Under the pieces are notes generated by a model. That model was not told the origin of the DNA. It saw nothing but the letters and a program-made list of their open reading frames with translations, and did no database searches. DNA of 64,000 nucleotides. Origin: Rhizodiscina lignyota. Its lineage: Eukaryota. Both the position numbers and the translations under genes were made by a program. Positions within the stretch are counted from its first letter, which is position 1. Each line of letters opens with the position of its first letter. This document shows, in pieces, positions 1 through 12,173 of the stretch. The stretch is from positions 2,170,001-2,234,000 of the forward strand of contig ML978123.1 in NCBI GenBank assembly GCA_010015805.1, written 5' to 3'.

Positions 1-218
1 TTTTGCGGAGGTGCACGGGCCCTCCGCAATCCTCGAACGCCTCTCGAACAGGGGTTCATGTGCTAAGCTGAGTCGCGAACGGTTTGATCCTCAACCTGTT
101 CAGTTCGCAAAGTCGAAACAACCTTTAGAGCAGAACATTACTATGTTCCTTGAGAGCTGCTCTACGCTGTGAATATACAGTGTCCCTGGAGAACTCATGC
201 GCCCTCCGGGTCTCCATC

Positions 219-3200
219 ATGGAGCAGCACGAGGGTGAGAATGAGACCCCCGCGACTTCCGCGCCGCAAGTCGAGAGCGACACCAAACCCCCGAAGACTG
301 AGAAACCAAGTGAAGATGAGGAGCCTCATGCTGTACCATCGACGGTGCAATCTGCACAAATATCGCTACAACAAATCACCGACCGTGCGCTTCGATTCCT
401 CTCCACCGCGAGCAATGAGACCATTGGAGCATGTTTGGTAGGATTGGGCGCAGGCACATACATGGTTCTTGGAAGAGTAGGATTAGTCTTGATTGGAGTT
501 GTAGGAGGAGTCGTGTTACACGCCACTTGGGAAGGTGGAAGTAGTGGAAGCGCCAATGAGACTTCAAAGACAGTAGAGGAGAAGAGGCGGAAGGAGGTGG
601 GATTGGACGTCATACATCGCATACTGAGTTGGCGGTCACAGAAGGAGACGGAGAAAGACGATTTGGAGGATGCTACTCCAGTTAAGGTTGATGCTTTCAG
701 CCTCGCGGAAGAGGATTTGCAGTACTCAAAGTTCAAACCGGAGACTGCGGATGCTCTTAGACAGATCACTGATGCGGTGATTCGCGACTATGTGCGGTGA
801 GTGGCCCACTTTGTCTCTGCTCTTGACTGTAGCTGATGTATCGCTAGATTCTGGTATTCACCGATCCTACCGGAGGAGCCCGAGTTTCCTGCAACGTGCC
901 GACAGACGCTCACTTCCTTTATTCTCTCAATCTCAAACAACCTATCCCGTAAGCGACCTGCTGATACTTTCGTAAACTTTGTCATGAATACGTCGTCGAT
1001 CACAACCGTGTTCCTTAGTGAGCTATCTACTGCTCTGAGCGCGTCCCCAAATGTAGCACCGGCGGATGCTATTCGAACATACGTGGAGTTTAAATCGGAC
1101 AGTAACTTGGCCAATATATTGGACATGAAGCAGCAACGAAAAAAGCTCAGCCTCGTCGCTGAAGACATACTCCAGACATACCTGGAACCGAAAACCTACA
1201 ACTGCAACCCTGCGCACGTCTTCCTCAGACAGATTCTTGCGAACACTGTTATAGACAATACAATCGAGTTATGCTCGAAACCAGAATGGATCAACGGCTG
1301 GATCGTATACCTTCTGGAGGATGGAGAGCCAGAACTGCTGAAGGAAGTTGATGCTGGTCTTGAAGGCCCAACAGGCAATGCAGTCAAAAACGTCGAGAAG
1401 CAAATCGCGGTCGACGAAGCATCAACAGATACGCTTCCCGAATTATCGCCAGCTGATGTGAATCATCGGAGAGTGGTCAGCAGAGGCCAGGAAGCCTTCG
1501 ACGATGCCATGCGTGAAGCGGCACGTCTCACTCGTCTCATGCAAGAGGAAGATGCGCGCCTTGCACAGAAACAGACTACCACGAACCAAGACGTTGAAGA
1601 GACTCGGCAATCTTCGATAGAGGATAATGCAGCCCTTGCCGCTGCTGGTGCAGTTGGTATGATCGACGCTGGCCCAATGGTGTCGACAGCCAGCATCACT
1701 TCCGTCCAAGACGATCATGACCACTCTGAGAACACTACTCAAGGCATTGTCACACCTACATCATCGCAAAGTGAGCGTAACCAAGGAAGCGAAGGTGGCT
1801 CGGATAGAGGCCACTCTACGGAATCACAGCAAGTCGACCCAGCGGCGCCTTCCACACCTTCAGAAAATGCTCCATCCTCCGGGTTTACGAGCTTTGATCA
1901 GATCATACCACCAACTCCTCCCACCGCGCTGGTAGATAATCCAGACGGCCTTAGGCAGGAGCGTGACCCTTTGACACTTTACAAGTCCACCATCTCCATA
2001 TTCGATGATAGTGTTCCGGGGGACCGAACGGCCATCAAGTCAAAACCTACAGCAGAGTATCTCATTCAAATTGAGCCTGCATCGTCTCAGCATTCTGGAT
2101 GGATGATTGCAAAGAAATACGCAGATATCGAGCATTTGCATGAAACTATACGACGTATTTCTGCCATCTCTGGTGCGGGATTCGAGAAAATACATGCTAC
2201 AGTTCCGGGATGGAAAGGTCGAACAAAGGCGCAATTCCGGGAGGATTTGGAGAGATATCTAAGTGACGCTGTACGCTCACGACAGCTAGCCGAGAGCGAT
2301 GCGACGAGGCGCTTCTTCGACAAAGATCAAAATTTGACTAAAACGCCAAGTGGCAAGGGTGGCATCAACTCGGCCTTCGAGACAATGGGTAAAGGCATGA
2401 AGGATGTTGCGGGCGGTGGTAAAGCTCTTATCGGGGGCGTGGCTGGCGTCTTTGGCGGGATAGGGCCAAAGAGGACTTCAACCTCGTCCAGCAATCCGAC
2501 CAGTGTAACTCGTTCCAACGCGGGTTCCCCAGCACCACATAACCGCTCCGAAAGCATACTTTCTGCTATATCTAAGACCAGACAGAGCACCGACAGCCTT
2601 AGAAAGACGATTTCAAACGCAGACTCTAACCAGGCTTCCTCGCCGATTGAGCGACGACTCTCCATCACTCCGGAGCCTGATCCGCCATCCAAGGCGCGAC
2701 CTGCCTCACCCACGAGATCATCCATACAATTACAGCCAAGCCCGCCGAATAGCAAGCCTTCGTCAATCCGAGGAAGCGTGGAAATGTCCGCTGCTCACGG
2801 TGGCGATCAATTCATCCAACTTCCACCACCCCCGTCAGAAATACAGGATGACTACAATACTACATCCGACGTGACAGCTAGCGTCAGTACTAATACGGAC
2901 CCGTTAAAGCGCCGCCCCGAGAGTATTTTCTCTGCATCAACAGCCGCCGACCCATCCGATGATGCATCAGTGTCAGAATCGAAGAGTCCTATCAGCGCAC
3001 CTCAGTTGCCACCACGACCGCCAAAGCCATCGAAAGAGTACCCACCACTCACTGAACAAGAGACCACCGTCGCGATCGAACTCCTATTTGCCGTCATCAC
3101 CGAACTCTACACCCTCTCCTCCGCCTGGTCTCTCCGCCGCACTTTACTCACAGCGGCTAAAACATTCCTCCTTCGACCCGGCAACCCACAATTGGAGTCG

Positions 3201-3539
3201 ATTCGGCAGCTATTACAGTCCACTGTCCTGGATGCCAACACCTCAGATGCCGGAATCGCAGCACAACTGCGCAAGCTTCGGGAAAACAGTCTGCCGACAC
3301 AGGCAGAGCTGGCAACATGGCCGAAAGAGCCAACCGAAGAGCAGAAAGAAGAATTGAGGATAAAGGCACGGAAACTGCTCGTGGAGAGGGGGATGCCTGT
3401 CGCGCTGACAAGCGTCATGGGGCAGGCGGCAAGCGGAGAAGCAGTCGGCAAGGTGTTCGACTGCTTGCAGGTCAAGGAGGTTGCGAGAGGCTTAATGTTT
3501 GGACTTATGTTACAGGGCATTCGCGCGGTGGTGCAATAG
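219..3539 (+). CDS. PXA + PX domain sorting-nexin-like membrane protein (2 exons: 219-796, 848-3539)
   Basis: ATG 219; N-terminal hydrophobic pair (IGACLVGLG...VGGVVLHATW); intron 797-847 (GTGAGT...GCTGAT...TAG) joins 'AVIRDYVR' to 'FWYSPIL..EPEFP..CR', a typical PXA start; PX-like 'EYLIQIEPASSQHSGWMIAKKYADIEHLHE...LERYL'; C-terminal 'ELYTLSSAWSLRRTLL' region. Confidence 0.85.
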
Positions 3540-6500
3540 TAACCAATCGCATTCAAAAGCAATGGGAAACCGGAACGGGTCGGACACTTCATATTGCGAA
3601 TGTCGCATTGAATGTATGATATTGGAATAGCGATGCGGAAATGTGAATGTGCTGTAATTTATGGAGTTGGCTCTCGGAACGTGGTGTGCGTAAATTGACT
3701 ATGCTTCCGGCAGGGGCGCGTTCATCGGTGGCAGCGGGTACGATTTAGACATTGGGCTCCTTGATCCAGGGCAGACGTGGAGCTAAGTTTGCGACATTTG
3801 CGCTGTCAGTCTTCTTCTACAGCGAGCGCACGTTGTGACCAGCGACGATTGTCCGGGACCTCTACGCTTAACGATTGAGAGCGAACGATCTTCTGAGTAT
3901 GTAATATTCGCTCTATTGGGCGTATTCAAAAGTCAGCAGATGTTTTGTCTAACATAGATGAGTCGCAGTCTTTGAACTCATCAAGCGTAAAGCATGAGTT
4001 GTGAGGAGGAAAGCCTAGCCAGCAACTCGAAGATCAACATCCCCAAGCGTAATGTATTCTGGGAATACTCGAGGGAAAATGGAGGCGCGCATTGTGTGCG
4101 AGGAGAGGGTGTGTCAAGGGTGACGGTAGTTTAAAGACGGCTATTCTGGCAGGGTTTGCGATATGCTACAAGTCAACTGCAGCTATATCTTTGCCGAATG
4201 GAAGACGAGTTGACCTTTGCGGTGAGCTATGCCCCGGCTGTTTCATTGACCAAGTCGTCGCTGCACTTCGTGGTTTGGGTGAAGCCATCAAAGGTATGTT
4301 TGAGCGCCCGGCATTGTGACCAAGTGGCCGGGCCTAATTGCTAAGTTCTCTGTCTTCAGCATTCAACTTGTGTCGTCCAAGGTATCGCATCATGACTAAA
4401 GCGTCTGCGTATGGACTTGGAAAGGAGCAGTGGAGCCCAGGCTTGTCTCTCACCGCTACGACTGTGCTCAATCCTGCGCATCCCGCGGTACATCTCTCCA
4501 TCTGTGTGCAATTTCGTCTTATAGGGGCCGACACAAATCTCGATCCTTCCGAGGCGAGGCGTTCAGAACGTGTACAGTGCAAGTTCACTGCACGTGGTGC
4601 ATCCCGGCGGAGAACACACGTACTGCTGAGCCGCCGAATGCAGGATGTCTCCGAGAACATTACATGGCCAAGCGTCAGGGGAGCGTGGAACTGCAGGGAG
4701 TTTCGAGAGAAGAGGGTTCTGTACCTGCATTTGATGCATACGCTTCACAGCAAGGTATTTCCGCCGCCAGCCGGATAGCATCAGTGTTTCACCAAACTCT
4801 TTCTAGAAGCGATGAAGGGTCTTTCGCTGACTGGTTTCGATCAAGAGGGCATCTTGATAAGACGAGCTGGGAGTAACTCCAGCTGCTAATCTGTGGTGTC
4901 CTAGCGCAAATCTGTGGGCATGGAATGCGGAACCATGTTGGAAGTGTGGGATGATTATCGGAAGAGTGAGACTGGTAATGGCAAGCCTGGAAGCTAGTGT
5001 GGATATTACTCTTCACGCAATCGCTATGGACAGATTCTCTTCCGATCGCATTCAAGGGTCTTTTTTAATGGTCTTGTAAAGTTGTAAGGTCGGAGAACTT
5101 CTTCCATTATCAAACGCTCCTTTAGTGACGACTTCAGGGAGCAAAAGAGACATTAATTGGGTCGACTGTTAGATTGAGAATTGACAATATGAGATGCCAT
5201 CGGTTGATCTCAACGCCATGCTGGCCCCCAGATTTCTGGCAGAGACTCTTGTCGTGCTCCCCAAATTCTATAGTTTATGAATCGGTATGAAACAATCTCG
5301 ATCAATACTATTGCCAATGATATGTATGGAGCTTTGAGCCGACGTGAAATAAGACAAAGAAAATGGCGCGACTGAATATGAATCACATTCGATTCTACAT
5401 CAGCTGGGCACGGAAAGCCACAGCAATGGGTGTGTTGTGGAATGTTCTTCGTGCTCATTTCCATGTTGACGAAAGCGGAAATGTGTGATAGATAGCATGT
5501 GAGAGGCCCTGGCAGAAGATAGATCGATTGACACCAGGGTGAGAAAGGAAGGAAGAGAGGAAGATCAGCATTTAAAATGCCTGGGTCCCCGCCTCCCACG
5601 CTGGACTGGACAGGGCCCTAACTCGACGGCATTGAGAGAATCCAGCCGCCATGTCTACTCGCCTTAGTTTGCAGTCCTGTCAAAGAGATGATCATTTGTA
5701 ACATGGCAGGAAGGTGTTTTGAGATGCAGAATGGATGCGACTTTCTGCAAAGGCGTTAGAGGCTTGAAGCAGTTTCTTTCTGGAAGGCCATGATGAAGCG
5801 TTTCAACGCGGCTGATCGCGTGGGATGCAAAAGTTAAGGGTCAATAGGGCAAGGAGCGATAAAACCAATGACTGAGCTGAGCTTTCGGATGCTGCCCCTG
5901 TGCCTGTCAATCCTGTCAATCACTTGGGCGGCCAGATAAGGTTAACGCGTAGCTCCTGGTCTATTCTGCGGGTCTTCCGCATGGACTGCGTCTCGGGCCT
6001 GTCTTCAACAACATCCACTCACACGGCCGCGCGACGTGCATGCGCAGCTCTGTTCCAACGAGCCGAAGACACTTCGTCGGAGAATTCGTTGGGGCCACCA
6101 TTGGAAAGCGACAGTCAGCACGCTGGATGGCAGGAACGGTGAAGATCACAGCATGCTGCCCGATTCGGAGCTGAACTTGCTCGCCCAACTGGGCCTCGTC
6201 GACTCTTCGGTGAACAACGCACTCAAAACACCGACTATCTACTGCTCCCACACCTGCGTCCGCTTGGTCCCGCGCCTGGTGGGGATCTTCAGGTCCTGAG
6301 AGTGGACTTTTCATTTTCGATCTCCTGAGTTTTTCACTGGATAGGCGCGCGGGACATTCGGATAGCAGTTTGCAAACGTCCATGATCCATCTGCCATCCT
6401 ATCTCAACAGGACCATATGTCTTGTTCTATACGGTGCTGCACAACAACGAAAGAGCGTACAACTGTAGAATACGGAGTACCGTTTTCGTCCATTTTCGTG

Positions 6501-7410
6501 CTTTATCAAATAATGACGCGTTCACTGATCAGGCATCTCGACAGGCATCTTGAGATGCGCCAAAATGCACAGGCTGGAGATCCGACGCCACAAGCCATGG
6601 CGACGGGTGAGGCGATCCCCATTCTTGAACTACCACTAACGTCTAGCAGAGGCCAACGACGACGAACGTTCTGTGACGGCACCCCGGATGCATCTGACCT
6701 GTCCTAGGCCCGGCTCCATCAGCTCCGTCACGCAATTCTCAAGAGAGTCAACACTGCCGCGCGCACGAGCCCGGGATGCCTTGCGCTGCAGAACGTAGCC
6801 TGCAAGACAAGCCTCACCAACGGCACCTCGAGCTTCGCACCTACCACTGCCTATGTTCCACCAGGCCCACAAAGGCACGAAGAGATCCACAGAAGCAGAC
6901 ATCCCCTGAACTTGCCATTGGCTGGAGTATGCCGTCGTGCGGGAGTTTTCGTTTTGAGAAAGTCGGCCTACGGTGTTTCAAGACAACCATTGGGACTAAC
7001 CTGATGTTCATCCCTATCGGTTTTACAGTTCGTGCGTCCACAAGAGAAACACCAAGCCATGGCGGACGGGAGGCGTTTTGGCTTGTGGCATCACAATCTA
7101 AGCTCATTCGACCGTTTCGGACGTTCTATGTGCCTGCCTTCCCGGGCAGCTGTGAGCCAGAGTAAGTAAAAGTATACATATTGGCCTTCCGTTCATGCTT
7201 CCGGCCTCTCACTACTTCTTGTCCACTCACCCTCATTGAAGCTGTCATCACGCTCGCTTGCTTTAACAGCTGCATACATTCGCTCACTCGACGTCCTGGG
7301 TGATCATCATTCACTTCTCCGTCTATAATATTTGACTGTCAATTGTGGGCCTTCACTCTTTGAGCCTGTAACTCCCCAGCGTCCAAAACATCAAAACAAC
7401 ACCAGTCAAC

Positions 7411-8043
7411 ATGTTCTCACGCCTCAGCATCTTGTCGATCCTGGCAATTGCCATCCTCATCCAGTCCTCCGTCGCCTTGCCATTCGACTTCTGGCACAAG
7501 CACCATCACACCTTCCCCACCTTGACGCTCACAAGTGCGACCTTCACATATCCAGCTGGCACAGGTACAGGCACCGGCACAACATTCTATCCAACTGCCA
7601 CCGCTCCCACGAGGAAAGGCAAACGCGATATTGACTATCCAACTGGTACGATTGGTACGATCTCTTTCCCGACGTCTATCGCAACATCAGTTCAGACATG
7701 GACCTCTGTTCCGACATCAGTTGGGACCTCAGTTCCAACCTCGATTCCAACCTCGGTGCCTACATCAACATCACTCCCCACCAGCATTCCTCACTACTAC
7801 CAAATTGAGAAGAGGCAGGTGAAGCGGGAAGAGAACGTGTATGAGAAGAGGTACTACGGTCTCCCTCTTTCAACTGGCACTGGCCTCAGCCTTCCCACCG
7901 GTTTCCCGACTGGCATTCATTACGAGAAGAGGGATGTTGCGTATCGGACTGCAGCTGGCACCGGAACCGCCACTGGTACTGGACTCCCAACATATCCTAC
8001 TCCCTACGATGGTTGGTCCTGGCCGAGACTTGCTATGCAGTAA
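7411..8043 (+). CDS. Secreted Thr/Pro/Gly-rich protein with five KR (Kex2-type) cleavage sites
   Basis: Single-exon 210 aa ORF, CAACATG context, signal-peptide-like N-terminus (MFSRLSILSILAIAILIQSSVA), KR sites GKR, IEKR, VKR, YEKR, YEKR; PTS[VI] and GTGTG repeats; TATA-like TATAATA near 7325. Confidence 0.8.
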   Translation: MFSRLSILSILAIAILIQSSVALPFDFWHKHHHTFPTLTLTSATFTYPAGTGTGTGTTFYPTATAPTRKGKRDIDYPTGTIGTISFPTSIATSVQTWTSVPTSVGTSVPTSIPTSVPTSTSLPTSIPHYYQIEKRQVKREENVYEKRYYGLPLSTGTGLSLPTGFPTGIHYEKRDVAYRTAAGTGTATGTGLPTYPTPYDGWSWPRLAMQ

Positions 8044-9097
8044 ATGTCGGCACAAGTTTCATCACATGGGTTTCACCGCGTTCGGAATGACACGTCAATG
8101 AATCGGATCAAACACGGGATTGAAATGCCACTGTCACTGGCTCTATCTTACGGTTGTCACTACAAGCAGGTCGACCATCTAGGTCCCTGTACGATTTAAG
8201 ATTGCAGGCGGCAAAAAGCTTTTAGACTTTTGGGGTCGATTCGGTAATGATCAGGCGCAACATGAGCGTGCCGTCTAGGGAGAGGGTTTGCACACGATTA
8301 TTACCCTAGAAGTTTACCTTCGCACATAGAGAGCATATAATACAATTGCTTCGCTGGATCAGCTGCGCGCCTGTGTCCAAATGACTAGTCTTCGGTAATC
8401 GTGCATATGTAACTCAATCTATATATACATGTCTTTCACCTGCCATGCATGAGATCGTGTAGAGCTGTGCTTCTCACGTTTTGTTCTCAACGGTTTTTCT
8501 AACTGTTGAAGCATGGCTGTGGCATCGAGTGATGCAGTCTTCAGCTTTCAGCTCTACCTCCGACGTCCCTCGCCGGGGAACGCAATGGTTCCTGAGGCGT
8601 GCAGCCGCACTCCACGAATACGAAGTCGGCGCATTCACCAGTCTTCAGGCATGTGAATGGCTTAGCGGTGGGTTCTAGACGTCGCCAATCTCATCCATCC
8701 CGAAGATAAGGCAGTCCCGGTGGCATGCATGCAGGTGAAAACTATCGGACTAAATATGTATGGACCGGACACGTGTCGGGCAACGACTTCGAGTGCATGC
8801 ATGATGCAGGTGGCTCCCGGAAGTTGGCCGCATGGCTCCAGCACGTTCGGTGCGAACAGATCTTGGCTCTCTCACATTCAGCTCGAGCCCAGGTTTCTTA
8901 TTTCGGACGCAAGTGCAAGTCGAGTTTATCCACACCAATGCTTCCCAAAGTATCTCAATATTAGCAATATCTTTCAGGCCTGCTTCCAAGCAATATTGGT
9001 GTTGAGATGATTACGATTATAATATACAATCGCAGCAAATGGCCGCAAAGCTTGTCCGGCTGACCTGTCGTACTTAATTCCTTTCTGATAGCAAATG

Positions 9098-10721
9098 CTA
9101 TACTCCCGAGCCAGTGCTCAGCCTCCCTCTTCTTTCTCTCTGCCTTCCAATGGCCTCTTCCATCTTCTCCTTCCGCCACGTACAGTCTTCCGCAAACTCA
9201 CACACGCGACACTTGTACGCTTCCTCGACTTCCACGCCTCTCGGCTTTCTCTCGCCTCGCCACCACTTCATCTCATCCTGCACGTATTTCGTCAGGGCAT
9301 CCTCGTCGTAAGCGAAACATTTAGATCCAAGGACAGACTGGTCTCTCGCAAGGATGAATTCGGCCCGCAGGACCTCGCCAATGCAGTCTGCAGATGGAAT
9401 AGTGCGAACAAACTCTTGAATCATAAGTTGCCAGAGCAGAGTCAGGTTGTTGTGCTGCTGTAGTTCATTGATCGCGTCGCCTTGGCTGCTCATCGGCGCA
9501 AATCTATCCTCAGAGTTGAGGCCAGCGTCGTCGCTGAAGTTGAACTCGAGATTACTAATTTCGGCAATAAAAGCATCCGTGAATGGTGTGGAAGGATTCA
9601 GGTCATAGCGAGCGAATATTGTGTTAGCAGGAACAGTGTTGGCTGCCAAAGATGCGAGGAGTGATCGATATAGCATCAATTGCATGAGTGTTGGGCGGAA
9701 TGCAACGCCTTTGGGAAGAGACGGTCGAGAACGCGTCTTTATGTCCGTAAGATAGATTTTGCGCTTCTCTGGTGGGGTTTGATATAGGTTCAAGTTTGTG
9801 CTGTTACGACTGCGGGTGCCAAAGTATTCGTCGATCTTCTGTTGAGATGGAGATATGCTCTTTGTTGGAGAGTGCTTATCCTTCTCTGCCTCAATCTCGG
9901 CTTCGAGTTGAGGATCTGGGCACGTATAAGAGAGTTCGTCGATGATCCCATTAATCACTTGGCCCTCAACCACACCCCAAACCTCAAGTTCCCTCGTGAG
10001 GCCGGTCACTCGCAATGTGCGCAGACCCTGGATGACATTCCATATTTTGAGACCCCAGCTGTCCTCTTTGGTTTGCACCGTGATTGGTACAATGGTATGA
10101 ACTTGCTCCTCGAGGATTCGATGAACAGCGGAACCCTGTTTCATGGCGGGTGTCCGCAACTTTCTCCCATGTTTGGTAAGCGTGTACCAGTACTGAATCT
10201 CACACCAAGCTGGCGATACAATATCTGTGACCGATAGTGGCTTCTTAGGAGTGGTACGAAAGCGCTCGAGTGGAGACCGTGAATCTGCAACATTGGTATC
10301 GGGTTGAAATGAAACCTCGCCAGTGGCTTCAGCCGCTCCATTCTTGTACACTGCAACTAGCCGCTGTCAGCACGTCAGTCACAATATCCTGCAAAGATAT
10401 TTTCCTATTACCTGTCTCTGGCTCGAGACGCCCTGTGCCTCTTCTGTTGTTGATGCCCACCGCAATTGATGTCCTTCCCTCCACCTGCTCTTCCACAGCC
10501 GAGTAATACGTCGTGGCACCCGACTCCTGTGATGACTTCGGCACATGCGCCAGATGCACTGAATCGTTATCATCCTGCACGATGCTTTCGAGAGCGAGAG
10601 ACTTTATGGGGTTCACGTCGAGCGACTCCAGAAGCGCGTGGACAGTCTCCTCCGCGTCGGTGTCGAGGTCGGAGCCGTAATCGCTCGAAGGAGAGCCGGC
10701 AGAAGTTAATGGGAGCGACAT
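9098..10721 (-). CDS. EXO5: Exonuclease V (Exo5/Dem1 family, Fe-S PD-(D/E)XK nuclease); exons 10721-10412, 10356-9098
   Basis: LSVTDIVSPAWCEIQYWY, GIIDEL, LTDIKTR, QLMLY and C-terminal KCRVCEFAEDCTWR give the 1+3 Cys Fe-S pattern of Exo5; intron 10411-10357 (GTAATA...GCTGAC...TAG) fuses the two ORFs in frame. Confidence 0.9.
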
Positions 10722-12173
10722 CTGGGCCCTCCCATTCTATGCATGTCAAGTGAACGAGCGACGGGCATGTGCTGGCTGCAAATGCAGAAGTAATGATCTC
10801 GATACATCATCCTAAAGTGGTTAAGCGGCCATGTGATACGCGTTGCTCTCGCGTCATGGATGAATTTGACGCGTGACGCGAATCAACGACGATTCGGAGT
10901 AAACTCCATATGCTTTTTAAAAGTCTGGCCACAAAGAAATCTTTTCTGAAGATTCGACATTGATTTCGCCTTTTCCCCGCTGTGCAACGGATTTTGCTCA
11001 AGCTCAAAACTCCCATACAATATTGCTGATTGCTTCACCGTCTTCGTAGATAGAAGCCTGGACATACTCCAGAAATACGAAGACAGGTGTTCCTTAGACC
11101 ACCCGTAGTCTGGTTGAACGTTCTTCTATTTAGAGGTGCCTCAAGCAAAAGTTTACAATAGGTTCCCTCTTTCAGAGCGCGTATGTACATACATGCTTGC
11201 GGTTTATCGACGAGCTTCTTCCAACCTGTTGACCTGTCCACCTGTCCTTGATCTTCTTCTCTTATGCTGCGAGTCGCCTTCGAGTATCGTTTCGAGTATC
11301 TACTCTTGCTCATCTTCTCTGTGGGCACGTACATGGCAGGATATGCCATGCGCATTCCACCGACTTGACTCGTATTCATGGGCACCCATAGGTCCAGCGG
11401 TGGCGATTCTTCCATCCCAACGATGCATGTGTCTAAGCTAACACGTGCTCTTCTCTTTGTGTATTCCACATTCTGTGCATGTCACAAGAAGAAACGGCAT
11501 TAGGCTAGGTGGATGTGGACCGCTCCAGATCGATCGGTTCCGGCACGAGGCGGCACGCCGGGGCAGACAGGGCAGATCGTCAGGGCCCGCTGCAAGGAAG
11601 GTGCTTGATTCGACAGCATCCTGCATCGGAGTTTAATGATTGCAGCGAGATCTGCTCGAAATGCATCAACAACCACAGTCGTACATGTTCATATTCGACG
11701 GAGATCTAACTTTGATATGTTGTAAGATGCAGATGAAAGGGCACATTCCAGTCGCGCACGTGCATCGCACGTGTCTCGATCCGGCACAGGCCCAGATCGC
11801 GGATGCGACTTGGCGATGACATAGCGCCGACGTCCTTTTACTCTCAAAGCTTTCTCTTTCTTTGCAACAGTGTTTCGCAGAGAGCAACTGCTTCCTTCCA
11901 CTGTTAAGTATGTCGTACGATCCATCGTCTGATTCTTGTTGTTCCTTACCTTCTCCTCTTCACGAATGCGCGTACCCGAGCGAGTAACACTTTCCATCCC
12001 ACCGAGCACTCATTGCGAACCGTACCAATGCGGACCACGTTACATTGATTGCCCGATCGAACCTACGTCCTCAACCTCTTTTACCGATCCTTACGCAACT
12101 TTCCCGACTATCCACACTGGATTCCCTCCCACGAGTAGCTCCGGTTCCCATTCCTTTCCGCGGAGCGATCGCG

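Noticed and set aside
3600..7300. Numerous 60-150 aa ORFs in the gap before the KR-repeat gene
   Set aside because: No recognisable motifs, mostly non-ATG starts, and no consistent splice model.
9098..10351. Cas4-like nuclease as a sign of a CRISPR or casposon system
   Set aside because: The motifs and intron fit ordinary eukaryotic Exo5; no repeats-spacer array or cas genes are present.
11035..12009. ORFs and possible micro-exon signals between EXO5 and the histidine kinase
   Set aside because: No coherent gene model; more likely a shared promoter or 5' UTR.
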